From assembly GCF_009914755.1 (NCBI RefSeq), contig NC_060947.1: a stretch of DNA of 64,000 nt, one strand, 5' to 3'. The position numbers and the translations under genes were made by a program. Every line of letters begins with the position of its first letter. The stretch's first letter is position 1. This DNA comes from the human T2T-CHM13v2.0 reference genome, Homo sapiens. Of this stretch, positions 14,480 through 31,419 are shown piece after piece. Below the pieces are notes generated by a model, which did not search any database, was not told the DNA's origin, and saw only the letters and a program-made list of their open reading frames with translations.

Positions 14480-15430
14480 TATGTCCTACTGTGTTGTCCT
14501 CAGTAGAAAAGGATATCCATGCTCCGTGAAAAATTTCATCATATTTCTGAAGACCATATTTAAATCCTCCTCAGGTGTTCTCTCCTTTATTCTGAAGCAT
14601 TTCACTTTCTTCGTCCTCTCGTCACAGGTCTTAACTTTCTTTCTTTGTTTTCACATGAACCCTAGCAATGTCCTCCCCTATCCTTTATGTTTTATAAGCA
14701 ACGAATCACACAGCACTCAATTAAGCATGTAAGTCTGTCTCCCTGTATTGTGGTCAGTTTGTTACTTGTTAGAATCCAGGTATCATTTCCTGATTTCCTT
14801 ATATCTAAACAGATGTTCCCTGCTCTTTCTCTCTGGGCCTATTTTATTCCTGCCCTGGTCATTCTTTCCGCCAGTGACTTCTCCAGTGTACCAGCTTCAC
14901 TTTAAATTCTGATACTTATGTCTACATGTGCCAGTGCAACCATTATTATAGTCATCCATTTAACATGTAAATTACTCAATTGTGTCAAACTGGTCAGAAA
15001 TAGGAACAGAACTGGCCAACGAACAGAGTTACCTATAGACCTTGTCAAAGGTTTCTGTTCACTCTCACCCTCTGCTCAGCTTATTTTTCACTGTTCTTTT
15101 AAGGAACATCCCGTACTCTATCACCCACGAGAATATCAAAGAACTTATTCCCAAACTAACCATTAAAGGATCCCACTTAACAATCTATCTAGGGGATAGC
15201 AGTGCATGAATACACCCCAATCTGAATTATATTCCTCAGGAAAATGGGTAGCAGTTCATAGCCATCTAGCATGCACAGTGTTCCCTTCCATCTATATGAG
15301 TTTTCTTCCAGTCATTTGAGATTACTGTTATCACCTCTCTTTCATTTACCAAGCCTGTCTCTCTGTCATAGAAGGAAATTCGATTTGAGAATGCTTGCTT
15401 TTCTGAAGCCACACTTGTTACCGAACAATA
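14480..15430 (-). mobile_element. CR1/L3 LINE reverse transcriptase relic
   Basis: Minus strand near 15340-15415 reads CGFRK...ISFYDRETGLVNE, like CR1 HGFRK...NLISFYDKVTGLVD; boundaries approximate. Confidence 0.55.
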
Positions 15431-16129
15431 TGCTCCATAACTCAGGGTATGTGCAATTTGATCTTATGATAAATCATTCTCTTATTTGCCATATATTTTG
15501 TAAAAAGCTTATTTAGTGATGTACAGTTTCATTTTAAGTACTGGCAATCAATATTGCAATGTTTTCACATTTGTATTTGCATCTTTTATGAGTTTGCAAA
15601 AGTATACTAAGCTTTGAGCCCACTTATCATAGGATGAAAATAAAGTGCCTCTCTTTAATTTGACTCCTGACTTCTTATACAGCTAAGCAGATGAGCTTAA
15701 CAGAGCTGGAAAAGGGACTGTTGTTGCTTATATAAACAGCTAGGTCTGCACTGTAATCTTTAGATTTTTTTTTTTTTTAGAACAGGCAGCTATTTCAGCC
15801 AATGCTTCTTTCATGGAAGAATTCATAATAAAAATTGTGTGTTCATCATGCATGTTATCTTAAAACTGCAGTCCCCTTTCAGTGGCAAAGAACATTTGGA
15901 TTTTGTTTATTCTTTTAAAATTTGGACAAGTAACGCATGCCCTGAGTAAAAAATAAAATAATCTGAAGGATTTATAATGAAAAATGACTCCTACCCTCTG
16001 CCATGCACAGACACACATCAGTCCCACTCTCCAGAAGCAAACTTTTAATAATAGGTTTAATTTTTATTTTTTTCTAGTAATTCTCTTCCCAACTCTTTAT
16101 AAAATTTATCTCACTCTATCCTCCTTCCA

Positions 16130-16930
16130 ATTTGGGGTAGTATTAATTTTAGTCTTCTTGGAAGGGTTTCACTTTCTAAATTGAAAATTGTCTTTCCTTT
16201 TATTAGTCTTTCCATTGTCTCTGATCTTCCAGAGCGCTACAGAGAAATGTGATTTCATACATTTTCTGCAGGTAAATTCCTGCCCCTGCCCTCAAACCTT
16301 CTAGGATCTTCTTTTATCTACTGTGTCCTAAAATTTTATAATGTGTGTAAATTACATTTAATTAAATTATAATGTGTATAAATTAAACATTTATAATGTC
16401 TTTTTCCATTCATTTCTCCATATTCATTGGATCCTTTCAATATAATGCATGTATCTTTTTTGCAGCTTTAGGAAATGAATTTCCAGTATGTCTTTATTTC
16501 TTCCCCTTTATTTTCCATTCTCTCTAGAACTGCTATTAGCTAGATGTTAGTTCTCCCACATATATCCTACGCGTTGTTTATCTTTTCTCACATTTGCTAC
16601 AGATTTTCTCTCTATTCTGAGACGTCATTGGCTCCATCTTCTAAAACTCCTATTTGAAATTATACATTGGCAATCATGTTTAATGCCTAAGAGCTCTTTC
16701 TTACTCTTTCATTTTCTTTTCCATACTTATTTGCTTTTGTGTTATAGTCAGTATCTCCTCATCACTCTGAGGATACTAACTATAGACTTTTCATGTGTTA
16801 ATCTGTTTCCAGAACCACCTGTTTTTTCCAGGATCAACTGGTCTCTGATCTCTGTTATCTCTTAATCTGTTGCTGTTTTTGTCACATGTCTGCTGGTCTT
16901 TGGTTATGCTTTCATAATTAAAGTCAGTTG
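16130..16930 (-). mobile_element. Decayed L1M fragment
   Basis: T-rich antisense L1-like motifs (tttaggaaatgaatttccag, ttctctctagaactgctattagctagatgttag). Confidence 0.5.
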
Positions 16931-17148
16931 GTGGCCTACATGTAGATCTTACCCTGCTAGACTTTTTACTGGATAAAGATTCTTTGCACATAGATGGGGA
17001 TTGTTAACTGGGAGATTGCATTTTAGAAGGCCTCCAATTTTGAGAATAGGGATACCAGCCTACACCACAGTAGTCTTATTTCTTCCCAGGAAATTTTTTC
17101 GTTTTTATTAAATAAAAGTATTTCCAGTTTGTCAAGTTTGTTCATATG

Positions 17149-17780
<632 letters not shown>

Positions 17781-18217
17781 TTCATATGTTTTTTATTTTA
17801 TCTAAGAGTAAAAAGCTGAATGACTTACCCTCTGCCTGAATGAACAGTGTGAGGGTGAGATATTGGATTATGGTGAGTCAACTGGTACAATCCATTCTGT
17901 AGCTAATGTTTTGTATAATACTTCCCCCACATCCACTCTCTTTTAACGTTACCTTTCCAACTGCCAACTTCCATTATTCCTGCTAACTATGAGCCTAGAA
18001 CTCTCCAAGAATCATCTGGGAAAATCAACTTTCCCTCTTCTTACAGACTCCTGCTGCATTTCCTAGCCTGCTGTTTTCCACTTTGTTTTGTCTGTCAACA
18101 CACATACATCCTCTTTCTTGGATGGCATACATTTCTTTCTTCTAAAATCTGAGATTCTCTTCCATATTTGGGGCTTATTCCTTTACTATTATTTTATTGC
18201 CCTCTCAGCACGGAGGG

Positions 18218-18270
18218 CAAAAACAAAAAACAAAAAACAAAAAACAAACAAAACAAACAAACAAAAAAAA
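18218..18270 (+). repeat. A-rich (CAAA/CAAAAAA)n low-complexity tract
   Basis: caaaaacaaaaaacaaaaaacaaaaaacaaacaaaacaaacaaacaaaaaaaa. Confidence 0.9.
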
Positions 18271-18360
18271 CACCTAGGTCTAGTCTGCCTTCTGGAACTA
18301 GAAGCCAGGATAGATTCTTCTGTTACTCTTCCAGTAATGAAGAAATGCATTAGTCTACAT

Positions 18361-18529
18361 CAGTGACAAACAATGTGTGGGCACTGGAACATGGGCATCG
18401 GCATCAGCTGTAAATGCATTAGAAATGCAATTTTTTCAGTCCCCCTGAGTGAGAAAGTCTTGGGGTAGAGCCCAGTGTTCTGTGTCCAACAAGACGTGAT
18501 TTGTTGCATGCTCACATTTGAGAATCTCT
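18361..18529. mobile_element. MER5A-like hAT-Charlie MITE
   Basis: cagtg...gcatcggcatcagctg...ttagaaatgcaattt...ggggtagagcccag...tttgagaatc. Confidence 0.7.
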
Positions 18530-19660
18530 AACTACACGCATGCTTATCCATCTCCCTATGGCTGAGGACACCTATTTGCACCTCCATTAGGCAGGGTCTC
18601 TTGAGTCCAGCCTGATTCCCAAAAGTTGCATTCCTCTTCCGTCATCTAAGAACCACTGATTTCCACATGAAGGCCAAGCCCTCTCTCAAGTCCTAGGTGC
18701 AAAAAAAATACAGCAGCACAGTCTCAGCCGTGACATTGGGACCCAGTGTGGAGCCTTTGACTCACCTTGTTTCAATTCCCATATTAATATCCCATTTGTG
18801 ATAACCGAACATCTGCCTTCAACCCTGTTTTCATAATCATACTAATGTCTCAGAACCTCCAGGAGACTGTGCTACTAGCTCCTGCTCCAGTGGCTTTGGT
18901 TATTCCTGATATAAAATTCAGCAAAGTAGGTGGAAATATGTAGCCTGCTTGACTTCATCTCTCTTTCCAGATTATTTATCGTGATGTTCTGCCCACTTGT
19001 CAAAACACCTAGATACTGTGTTTTCCTGCCGTGTGGTATTGCATCTTCTACTGGCACTTGTCCTTCGGTCTAACAACTCAGGCCTGATGGTGATCCAATA
19101 TGTAACCATAAAGGAGAAATCAACCAGTAACCTTGGTAGCATTTACTCTGCACCCTCATCAAAGAAGCTGACTGGTCACCCACAAAATCGATTGGCAACG
19201 GACACACGCAATTATATGTGGCATGCCATTTTCAGAGTGCCATTTGTGAGTACATTCAGACTGGATCTAAGGAGGAAAAGTGCATTTGCCAGGTGACCTG
19301 CAGAGCAGCCTGCTGGGGAACGGTAAATAAGGGGAATACTGACCTTTCAGTCCCAGGAAATGACACATTGGCCTCCCTCATGGGAGTTTCTCTCACCTGC
19401 TTTGATAGAGGCCATCCTGCTCCATCTGTAGTGCTATTGGCAGGGATCCATAGAGTTTATGGCAAACAGCAATGAGCAATTATCTCACACTGAGCAAAAT
19501 AGTGGGAAAGAGCTCCAGAGAAGAGGAAAGAAACCCCCTGGATAACGTGCAGGTGAGAACTAAGCTCTGATTTCTTTTATCTTGCCGAGATTCCTATCTA
19601 AGGGATCTGGGGAGACATGCCCTACCAACCATAAATTCTCATCAGATGGCTTTTATTTAA

Positions 19661-20517
<857 letters not shown>

Positions 20518-21812
20518 TAACATTGCCAGATCTTTTTCTTCCAGGCCCTCCCAGCCCTGAAGAGATTAACTAAGAGTCTAGCACCTTTTAAAGGTCTGAG
20601 GAGGAAACATCTGTCATCTATTCTCTCTAAGGGCAACCACTGTAAGACTTCAAAAGAACCTTGGTCTCCACAATCTTTTGTCTTAACCTGAACATTTCCT
20701 TTCTATCATCCTAGGTCTTTAGACAAACTCATCCAATTGTCAACCAGAAAATGTGTAAATTTACCTGGAGCCTGGAGCCCCACCCCCTAACTTTGAGTTG
20801 TCCTGCCTTTCTGGACCAAACCAAAGTATTTCTTAAATGTATTTGATTGATGTCCCATGCCTCCCTAAAATGTATAAAACCAAGCTGCACCCCAACCACC
20901 TTGGGCACGTGTCCTCAGGACCTCCTGAGGGCTGTGTCGCAGGCCACGGTCACTCATATTTGGCTCAGAATAAATCTCTTCAAATATTTTACAGAGTTTG
21001 ATTCTTTTCATCAACACAGGTTTCCTGCAACCTACCAAACCATAACCAGTGTGTTTGCTCCACTTGACCTTCCCCTCGTTCCCTGGATCTGAAAACTGTA
21101 AAGGTGACTTCTTGTTCAATGCATATTTTTTTCTTCCCTGTATTAATAGAACAAAGGGAATTTCTGATTCTAGGGCATGCAATCTAATGAACGAAGGGAT
21201 CTTTTTTGCTTTAAGAGAAACACTCAATGAAGTCATTAAGAGATAAAACATGATAACCAAGGCCCTGATTTCTAGTCCAATTAATAGTATAATGAGCATT
21301 ATGGATTAAAATCCTTTTTGGTTCAGATATTGTATAATTTATTCAGTGAAAGTGATGGATGGGCAATTGAAAGAATGTTATCGCAAATAAAATTTCCAGG
21401 TGGAATAATTTTTTTTTAAGAATTCACACAATCAAGCTATTATCAGTAACATATCAAGGTGCCAGAAAAACATACTATGAGAGGGAGGGATAATGTACCA
21501 TTCAACTTACTGAATCTCTGGCAATTTGACATGGCCTAGAGAATCCTGCTATGTGGATTTATATATACATTTCCATTTACTGCTTGAATAAAAATATAAA
21601 CAATTTGAGTGTTTATTCTTGGAAAACATTGTACTAGGTACTGGGGAGTTACAAAAATAAGCATATTTGTATTCTGAATGAGATCACTGAACTATTGCTG
21701 ATAAAAAATACAGGAACACAATGAAGAGAAACCGTGAAACGCACTGGGGTGCTAGCAATGTTTTGCTGTAGGGAGGCAACAACTCCTTGTGCCCCCATGC
21801 ACCACGTCTTCA

Positions 21813-22155
<343 letters not shown>

Positions 22156-22504
22156 CTACTTTTCAATGCACCTCACCCAACCCTCTGGCTATTACTTAAA
22201 TGGTTTGTATTTTTAATTCTTGTCTGCAAAAACATTAGGAAAAATGGATAAATTACAGAGAGAAAATAAAAAGACTTCACATTGTAATATTTCCTTTTCT
22301 TATTTTTTTGTTTCTATTCCTATTATTTGTTATATATTATAGAAATTCAAGGGGAAAAAGAGCTAAAATCATTATAATTTCTGGACACTCATTTTTGTTG
22401 CAATGTTTCTTGTCAGAAAGCATAGGTAATCACTGGAATGACAACAATGTACGGATTTCCTATCCCGAAAGTTACTTTGCATTTCACGGGACTTGTAGAA
22501 TATG

Positions 22505-22645
22505 AGAGAGTCACTACATAAAGTTGTCTAAGTTGTTCATTATACAAATCTAGGGTACAATATTCATAGTCTATTATGTGAATGGGCAACCTTTGGAGTC
22601 ATGGATTTTTGCACTCCTGAAAGTTGCTTAACTTCATAGAGGTGA
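22505..22645. mobile_element. MER91-like hAT MITE relic
   Basis: Central degenerate hairpin attcatagtctattatgtgaat followed by cctttggagt. Confidence 0.4.
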
Positions 22646-23837
22646 TTTGGATGCAAATGTGGAAGTATACTCTAGCAGAATGCCTGACCATTTCATTATT
22701 TGTATCCATATGCCTGAAATGCACCATCAAGTGGTATTTTCATTCTATCAAATATTATCACTATAACTTGCTGCTATTTAAATGAAAATCTCTTATTTGA
22801 AACCTCTGTCTTCATCGTCCCACCCTCCAGCTACCATACTATACAAGGTAGGTTGGAAAGAAGCATGTGACTCAATGGCATGCCTGGCTTATCTCTAGTA
22901 TTAGTAAAGACACTGGATCTATGACAATTTCATTAAAAAACAGACAACATTTATAGCCATAATCCACTTCATGCCTGGAAGGAAGATACCCTTCACAAAC
23001 AGCATTGCATAATCCAGGAAAACAAACAAGTATGTCCCAGAAACTTCTAGGAAATGAATGCAAAATACACCATACACATATTGAAGGTGAATTTGGGAAA
23101 GATGATTTTTCACTGATTCCTCGTTTCCCTAAGTAGTAAAAGTGTTTCATAATCTCTCAGTCCTTGTCCTCTTGTAACAGTCAAGTTCTGATTACCAGTG
23201 GCAGGAGCATGAGCACAGATGCAAAACACTGTTCAATTTGCATGCTTTTTCCTGATTTCTGAAGTGGTATTTAAAGCCAGTATTCTAAACACAAGAGTCA
23301 GAGAGCTGAAAGTTAGTTTTAAGTAAGCTTGAGAAAATTGGTTTCATTTCTATCTTTTGGTAGGATATCAATCCAGTAGTTTTCTGTTCTGGGAAAGCAA
23401 ACATAATCCACTAACCTAGTGAAATCCTTTGAAACGTGGTCCCCTCCATGGACAAGGGGAAGTGACACAGGTCATCTGTTCATCTAACAATTTCCCTGAC
23501 CAAGTCTAACTTCAGGCATTTTGCACAAGTATCATTTTTAGGCATGCCATGTCTTTATTTGGTCCTGTTTCTATTAACTTCTAAAAACATATAAATAGCG
23601 GAGGTTTCAAAGTCCTTGAGGGAACAACCAATCCTCCAAGTCTACCCCAAAAATCTATGTTCAGGGTTAACTGACCACAGTCTTCACTTGGGACACAAAA
23701 GGATATGACATAGTGTAAGAGACAACAATGTAGACTCCAGGGAAGCAGAGGGAGCTCAGTAATGAATAATTACAATTAAACAGGCTCAAGGAAAGCAACT
23801 GGGACAAGCCACTAGGGAGACCTATTGAAAAGGAAAT

Positions 23838-24138
<301 letters not shown>

Positions 24139-24164
24139 AAATGAAATGTAACTTGGTGTAAAGG

Positions 24165-24395
24165 AGAGAAAAGTGGTTTCAGAAATAGAATAATTTGTTT
24201 CAAATCTCAAGCCCACTACTTACTACCTGGATGACCTTGAGTTAGTCACTAAAACTCTGAGACTCAGTTTCCTCAGCTGTAAAATTGAGATAATAATTCC
24301 TGTTCTGTCAGCTCCAGCATAGTAGGGTTGGTGAGTGGGCAAAAATTAAACAGTAGATGCAAATGTATTTTCTGAACAACGATGAACTATACAAA
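24165..24395 (+). mobile_element. MIR
   Basis: Core tgaccttgagttagtcactaaaactctgagactcagtttcctcagctgtaaaattgagataataat. Confidence 0.85.
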
Positions 24396-24482
24396 ACAAA
24401 GAAATTCATTTTATGAGAGAGAGCGGTCATAGGACTGTAAAAAACAATCCTTGAAGTATAATAATAATAATAAAATGTGACC

Positions 24483-24858
<376 letters not shown>

Positions 24859-25014
24859 TCATCATTCCAATCCCAAGATATTTGGTGAGCACATCTTTGG
24901 TCCCAAAGGAGTCAATACTAAGCCTTAATAGAAATCATTTTCTCTTATCCCTTGTAAACTTTCGTATTCACTAATGTTTAGAAGAAGCAATAACTTATTA
25001 AATAAAAGTCTACC

Positions 25015-25505
25015 AGTAGCAGAGACTATTAGTTGCCTACTGCACATTCACTCTTCTTCCTCATAACAGAAACCTTGAATTACTAATGACACCAATATAT
25101 GAAGGAAGAAAGAGAGGACAATTTAAAGAGACAGAGGGAGGAAGAAGGAAAAGAGTGAGGAAGCCCGCAATTCTCAGCATACTATAGATAGTGATAGCCA
25201 ATGAGATAGAAGCAACGTCTCTAGGTGGGGCATCTAGGAACTCATTAAAGGGGACTGATTCAAGTGACATCATGTATCTTTCCTTCTTCCGGCTGCCCAG
25301 AACATGGCTGTGAAGATTGAAGTTGCAGCAGCCATCTTTCACATATGGAAGCCAAGAACTAACGTGGTAAGGAGAATGATCAAAAGAGCAGAGCAGGCGA
25401 AACCAGCATATCTGCCCTGGACCACCACCCCTAAACTTTTTTTACACGAGAGAAAAATAAACTTTTATTTCATTTAAGTCACCACGATTTGGTTTTACAT
25501 GTTTC
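25015..25505 (+). mobile_element. MLT1J/K-type LTR
   Basis: gccaatgagatagaagc...gaagttgcagcagccatctt...gagagaaaaataaacttttatttcatttaagtcac. Confidence 0.6.
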
Positions 25506-26494
25506 TTTTCGTTCTTATTAATACTCCATCCATTTATTACACAGAATAATGTATTACAGATGTTTTTATTTCCAATTTCACTGTTACTATCATGATAATA
25601 TGCTATTCAGATGTTATTATATAATCAAGATTTAAAACTCATTGATAAGTTCCTATTTTATAAAGCTAAACTTGGGTCAAATAAGATATCACATCATTAC
25701 ATCCAAGATTATTTCACATGAAATTCCCTGTCCCATTATCTTAATTAACATCCATAAGTTTCATTTTGCTTTTCTATTTTTTTAATATTACAGGCAAAGC
25801 CAGAACATATTCTATTGGCTTGCATAGGAATTAATGTTGCCAAGACAGCTGGAGAAGACTATGAGAGCTCATTGGACCTTGCAGTGAAGCTTTGTGTGTA
25901 CTCAGGGAAAACAGCTGAGAACTATGAGGCCCAATTTACATAATAAGGACAAACTTGCATTTCAAAGCCACACTTAGTTCAAGCAGCCAGTCTTCATACA
26001 GTGATAACAATATCTAGTAGCAGCTAGTCCAACTACCTCTCTAAATATTTATGCCAGATTTCAATGGGAAGCTACTCATCAACCTGGACTAGAATTAGTT
26101 TATATGCACCAGTGAACTAAGCCACGGTCCCACTCATTTTCAGACATAAGAGCATAATTCTTATTGTGATAAGTTGGCATCAGTGTAAACAGCGTATACA
26201 TTATTCCATTTTTCCTACATCCAAAGGGATATCGTTATGATAGAGGGATTCTAATTTATATTACGTAAAAATTAGATAAATCGGGTCACTTGTATAATAC
26301 TTCACCATTCTGCCTTTGTTTGAGGTTATTTGAATGAACGCCACTTGTTTTATCTTCAAACTTAAAGATTTTTAAAGACAGAAAGAGCATCTCAATCATA
26401 TTGTTCATCCCCAAAAGTACCTAACACTGCTTCAGTAAAATTTGGTTCAGTTGAATTCACTTGATCATTCAGCATATTAATGTGATGACTTTTG

Positions 26495-26700
26495 TATTTG
26501 AGAGACAGACATGGTTTAAAAGTACAAAGAACCCCAGTTGCACCTCTCCTTACCTCAGGAGCTGGGGTATATCAATCTCTCTAAGCCTTGGTTTCTCATT
26601 AATAAAAATGCAATAACATTCTTTGTCCAGCCCATCTCTTGGTGTCACTGGGTGGGTCAAATGAGGTAAATCTCTAAAATACCTTTGTAAGATATTATTA
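26495..26700 (+). mobile_element. MIR
   Basis: aatctctctaagccttggtttctcattaataaaaatg...tcaaatgaggtaa. Confidence 0.65.
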
Positions 26701-27721
26701 TTCTTTGTTATGTGTGTCTCTGCAGTGCGGCATATCCAAAATATTTTTTGTTTTCAGGTTCTTTGTGACAATATTAATTTTTTCCTATATTTATCCCCAG
26801 TGAATCTTTGCTTTGTTTGTGAAGTCATATCCTCCAAGTACTACCTTACAGCATTCTCACTGTTTCCATTCCATGCATGCTAAATTTGGTCACTTCTCTA
26901 GTGGTGTCCTTCTAGCAGAAGAAGGATTTGAGGCTTCCTCTTTATATAATTACTTATTTCAGATATGAAACAAGGTCAGAGAGAAAGTAGAGCCATCTCA
27001 TACATCTTCTGCAGAGGCCTTTAGCATTCAGTAATCCAAGGTCATCAGCAAGAAGGAAGAGAAATGGGGTAGGGGACTTGGGTGGGTTCCCTGCCTCCCT
27101 CACACGATTATTTTGTAAATGGATGTAAAAGTACCCTGTAAACTGCATAGCTAGAGCAGCTGGAGAGATTTCTTCCTGGGCTGGATTTAATCAGTGCGTC
27201 TTTGTTTGAAGAGTGGAGAGTTTTAGACCTCTGGCATACCCATATGCAAATGTGAATGCAAATTTCAAAACCTAAAAGAACTTGTATTTGGATTAGAAAC
27301 CATTTGGAATTATCAACAACATAGAAAACATGAAAATTGTACCTACACATGTTCTAAATCAAAGCCTTACTTCAGAATTTTGGCTTAAAGTAATAGATAA
27401 TTATATGATTGAAAAAACCATGGAAATGAATCATTTAATAGAAGAACTGGTCTTCCTGAACTATTTGATAAATGTCAACTACCTCAAGATCTAATTAATG
27501 CACATCAGCAATATAATAAGTATACGGTCCAAGATAGTATGGATACCCATCAAAGAATAGCATAACCCTGCTCTCAAGTAAATACAATCCTGTCAGGCCT
27601 CCAGTAATTTAACTAAAATAAAATTAGGAAAGGCAGAAAAATATTTAAGGCTGCTTCTCCTTCCTCATTTTTCCATGGGATAAAACCGAAGATTAAAATT
27701 GTATATTATCTTAATAACTGC

Positions 27722-28045
<324 letters not shown>

Positions 28046-28674
28046 TAACTGTTTTAATTAGCATTTATTGAGCACGAGTTAATAGGAAGGATCAGATTAC
28101 CAAATCAGACGCACATGAGCCACAGAGTCTCCCCAACAACGTGCTTTACTAATAATTTCAAGGATATAAGCACTCAAAAGGCCTAGGTGAAGCAGGGAGA
28201 GGTTCAGGACACAGCAAATAGGCTTTGCTTCCCAGCCCCTTCCACCCCACATTAGAGATGCACTCACTGGCTTGTGGTCAAAGATGAGGTCTTCAACTCA
28301 GGTATGCAGTCACTTCATATAGCAGGGAGTATTTTAGGTTATGAAACATCTCCATTTACAGCCAGATGGGTACATAGCTTAGACGACATTTTCCGGGAGC
28401 CATGCTCCTTAAATCCACGGACCCTAGATGTGTTTACCGCAAGCAATTCTCAACCAGAGATATCCTGCCAAAAGCAGTCCATAGAAATGAATTCCTCTTG
28501 TAAACACCATCAGTTTATTCACCAGGAGATCATTTATTAGCATGTTTATAAGGAGATCAGGCCAGGTCACCTGTCTTTTTGTTTTCCCATGAATGTTTCC
28601 CCAGTAATGAGAGACAAATGAAATGCAGACCAGCTGCTGAACTCCTTTGTTCCCAGAACATTCATCATGTCCCA

Positions 28675-28885
28675 AGTATAACTCTTAAATTCTTTACATG
28701 TGTTACTTCACGTAATCCTCTCAACTCTGTAAGGTAGATACCATCATTCCCTTTTCCAAATGAAGAAATTCAGGCATGAAAAGTTTATGCAACTTGCTGC
28801 AAGTCACACAGCTAGAAAGTGGCAAAACAAGGATTTCAGTCCTAGCATGTTGACTTCAGACTCTGTGTTCTAAGGCACGATATAG
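28675..28885 (-). mobile_element. MIR
   Basis: cccttttccaaatgaagaaattcaggca...aacttgctgcaagtcacacagctagaaagtggca. Confidence 0.8.
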
Positions 28886-29021
28886 CTCGTTTCTGTAATT
28901 ATAGATATTTCTGTGCTCTTTCTTTTGAGACTTACACTACACACTTAAGAAAGACAAAGCTTCTATAAGTGAGTTTTGATATCTTCAACTGTGATTAATT
29001 AAAAGGGATAAAAATTATTTT

Positions 29022-29425
29022 CTATTCCTCCCATTGAGAGATGGGACCTATTTCCCCATCCCTTGAATCCGGGCAGGCCTCTGCCTGTTTTCCCAAATAG
29101 CTAAAATAGTGGAAATGACACTGTGCCCAGCCTTTAGGAGACTTGGGTCCTTGGTACCCTGAGTCACCATGGAGAAAGTTTGATTACTGTGATGGAGAGA
29201 ACATTTAGAGATGCACTGAGAAAAAAGGGAAAGTGATCTACCTGAGCCCATGTCTGCAACCATCCCTGCCAAGGGGCTAGACATGAGTGAAGTTGTCTTG
29301 AACCCTCCAGACCAAACTAGCTATCAGCTGAATATCATTGAGCGACCTCAATCAACAACACAAGGAGAAGACGAATCACCTAGTTAAAGCCTGACTGAAT
29401 TCCTGACCCACAAAATCATGAAAAA
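29022..29425 (+). mobile_element. MLT1H-type LTR
   Basis: ctcccattgagagatggg...ccttgaatccgggcaggcc...aattcctgacccacaaaatcatga. Confidence 0.75.
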
Positions 29426-30489
29426 AGAGGCACTGCCTCCCATTCTCCACGATGCACCTTGATCATGGAAAAGGAATCCCCAGAATAGTAGAAAAATGTT
29501 TTGCCAAAAGAAAAAAAAAAAAGAGAGAAAAGAAAGAAAAGGAGGCCTCTCCCTGTTTTCCAAACCAACTTTTTCAAATCTTGTGTTTTTTTAAATAACA
29601 AAAGTAGAACTGACAAACTGTATTAATAAATTATATGCTCTTGTCTTAAAAGTTAAGAGCATTCCAAAGCCCAAGAGTCAGGAAAGTTAGTTCATAGGTG
29701 AGTTTGCAAGAGTCCAAAGCACAAGCAACGAGCGTGGGTGAAAATTTTGAGAGGGTCACACGTTTGTGTTTTCAAAGGAAAACCATGTTGGTGGTTTAAA
29801 TTACACCAAAAAATATATAAATTGGTGCATATAGGTTAATATTAACCACATCTACACTGTGCTAAGTTTCTCAAGATGAAAATATGTCCATATTTCTCTG
29901 GGTAGGAGCTGTAGCTATTGCCTCAAGGCTCATGAACCTATTTGCCTGTCTCATGCCTAAGCCCCCATAACCTTCCAATTATGGATGGAGAATTTAATAT
30001 ATTTAATGTAAGTCCTAACTCTGCACAACCCCACAGCACAAATCTCACCCCTACTCTAAGATTTTTTCCCTTTTGTATGCTTGACCTTCTTATCTCATCT
30101 TCTCTACCTCTAACACTCTGTAGCACATGTACACACATTGGCGGGGCAAGAAAAGCAATAACGATGGTAGCAAGGGAGGCAGGATCATTCGTTAAGGCCT
30201 GCTTCTACTGTTAGAGCTATCACACATTCTATCAGAATGTTAAGTCACTAAGCATTTAGATCTGTTATTTGCCAAAGCTCTTAAAAACTGCACTGTAAGA
30301 TGTCATATATATTAAAGATAAATCTGGCCCACTTAAGTACGAAAATCAAGTACTTTGGCCATCAAGTTGAACATTAACACAATAAACCACGAACATTTTA
30401 TAAATGCAACTTTCTAGGTAAATTACCTCATCATTTATTCATCTGATATTTATTGAACGAGTGTGCATTTTCATGTTGCCTGACTGGGC

Positions 30490-30615
30490 AATGTCATTCT
30501 TATCTGATATATTGCTCACAATAGCCCCGGGAGTTAGGCATCATTTTACCCATTTGCCAGATGAGGAAACACAAGCTCCAAGAGAGTCAATGACTTAGAC
30601 AAGACTACACAAATA
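30490..30615 (-). mobile_element. MIR
   Basis: cccatttgccagatgaggaaacacaagctc...tgacttagacaagactacaca. Confidence 0.75.
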
Positions 30616-30652
30616 TCTTCAAGCAGCAATAAGGAACATGGCTCTTTTTTAT

Positions 30653-31043
30653 TGTCTTTGTCCATTTGTGCTGCTATAATAAAAGATTTGAGACTGGGTA
30701 ATTTATAAGAACAGAAATTTATTTCTCACAGTTCTAGAGGCTAAAATTCCAAGATCAAGGTGCCCAGCAGGTTTGGTGCCTGGTGGGTACTTGGTCTCTA
30801 CTTCCAAGATAGCTCCTTCTTGCTGCATCCTCCAGAGGGGATGTGTCTTCCCATTGTAGAAGGGCAAAAAAAGCAAAAGGAAGGGAAGTAGCTCCCTCAT
30901 ACCTCTTTCATAAGGGTGCTAATCCCATTCATGAGAGCTCTGCCCTTATAACTTAATCACCTCCTAAAGCCAATGTAATTAAATCACATTGGTAATTAAG
31001 TTTTAATACATGAATTTGGGGGGGCCACATTTAGACCATAGCA
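30653..31043 (-). mobile_element. MST/MLT1A-type solo LTR
   Basis: tgtctttgtccatttgtgctgctataa...atttagaccatagca; 5-bp TSD TTTAT/TTTAC. Confidence 0.85.
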
Positions 31044-31419
31044 TTTACATTCACAGTCTTTTTAATATTCCCAAACTGCAGCCAAGTTCTAGCTAGAGAT
31101 TTGTTCCTCATAACTGCAAAAGATTCATGTTACTCACAGAAAAAGGAAAACCAGTTGTAGCAACTTTATATAATTTTATGAACATAACAAAGCCACATTA
31201 CATACAAGAACTAGGCCCTCTGACAACTATAGTGTTAATTTTCCAAGATGGGAAAAACATCAGTAGGAAAGGCAACCATTGATTGTCTCTAAATTCTATA
31301 ACGCATATCACAAAATAAGCTCTGTAATGAGATGCTATTTTACAGCGGCCTAGGAAAAGTGTCCGTGGCAGAAGCTATTGATGTCTCAACTATCACTCCT
31401 CAGCCTACCTCAGAAGTCA

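Noticed and set aside
18766-19266. 501-nt minus-strand segment between a good acceptor (TTTTCCTCCTTAG) and donor (AAG|GTGAGT), containing GQNITINNLERE
   Set aside because: Six stops in 166 codons is close to random expectation, and no coherent domain emerges.
19218-19475. Plus-strand ORF with VSLTCFDRGHPAPSV, like an Ig I-set B-C strand
   Set aside because: Lacks the invariant Trp and the second half of the domain, and has no convincing splice sites.
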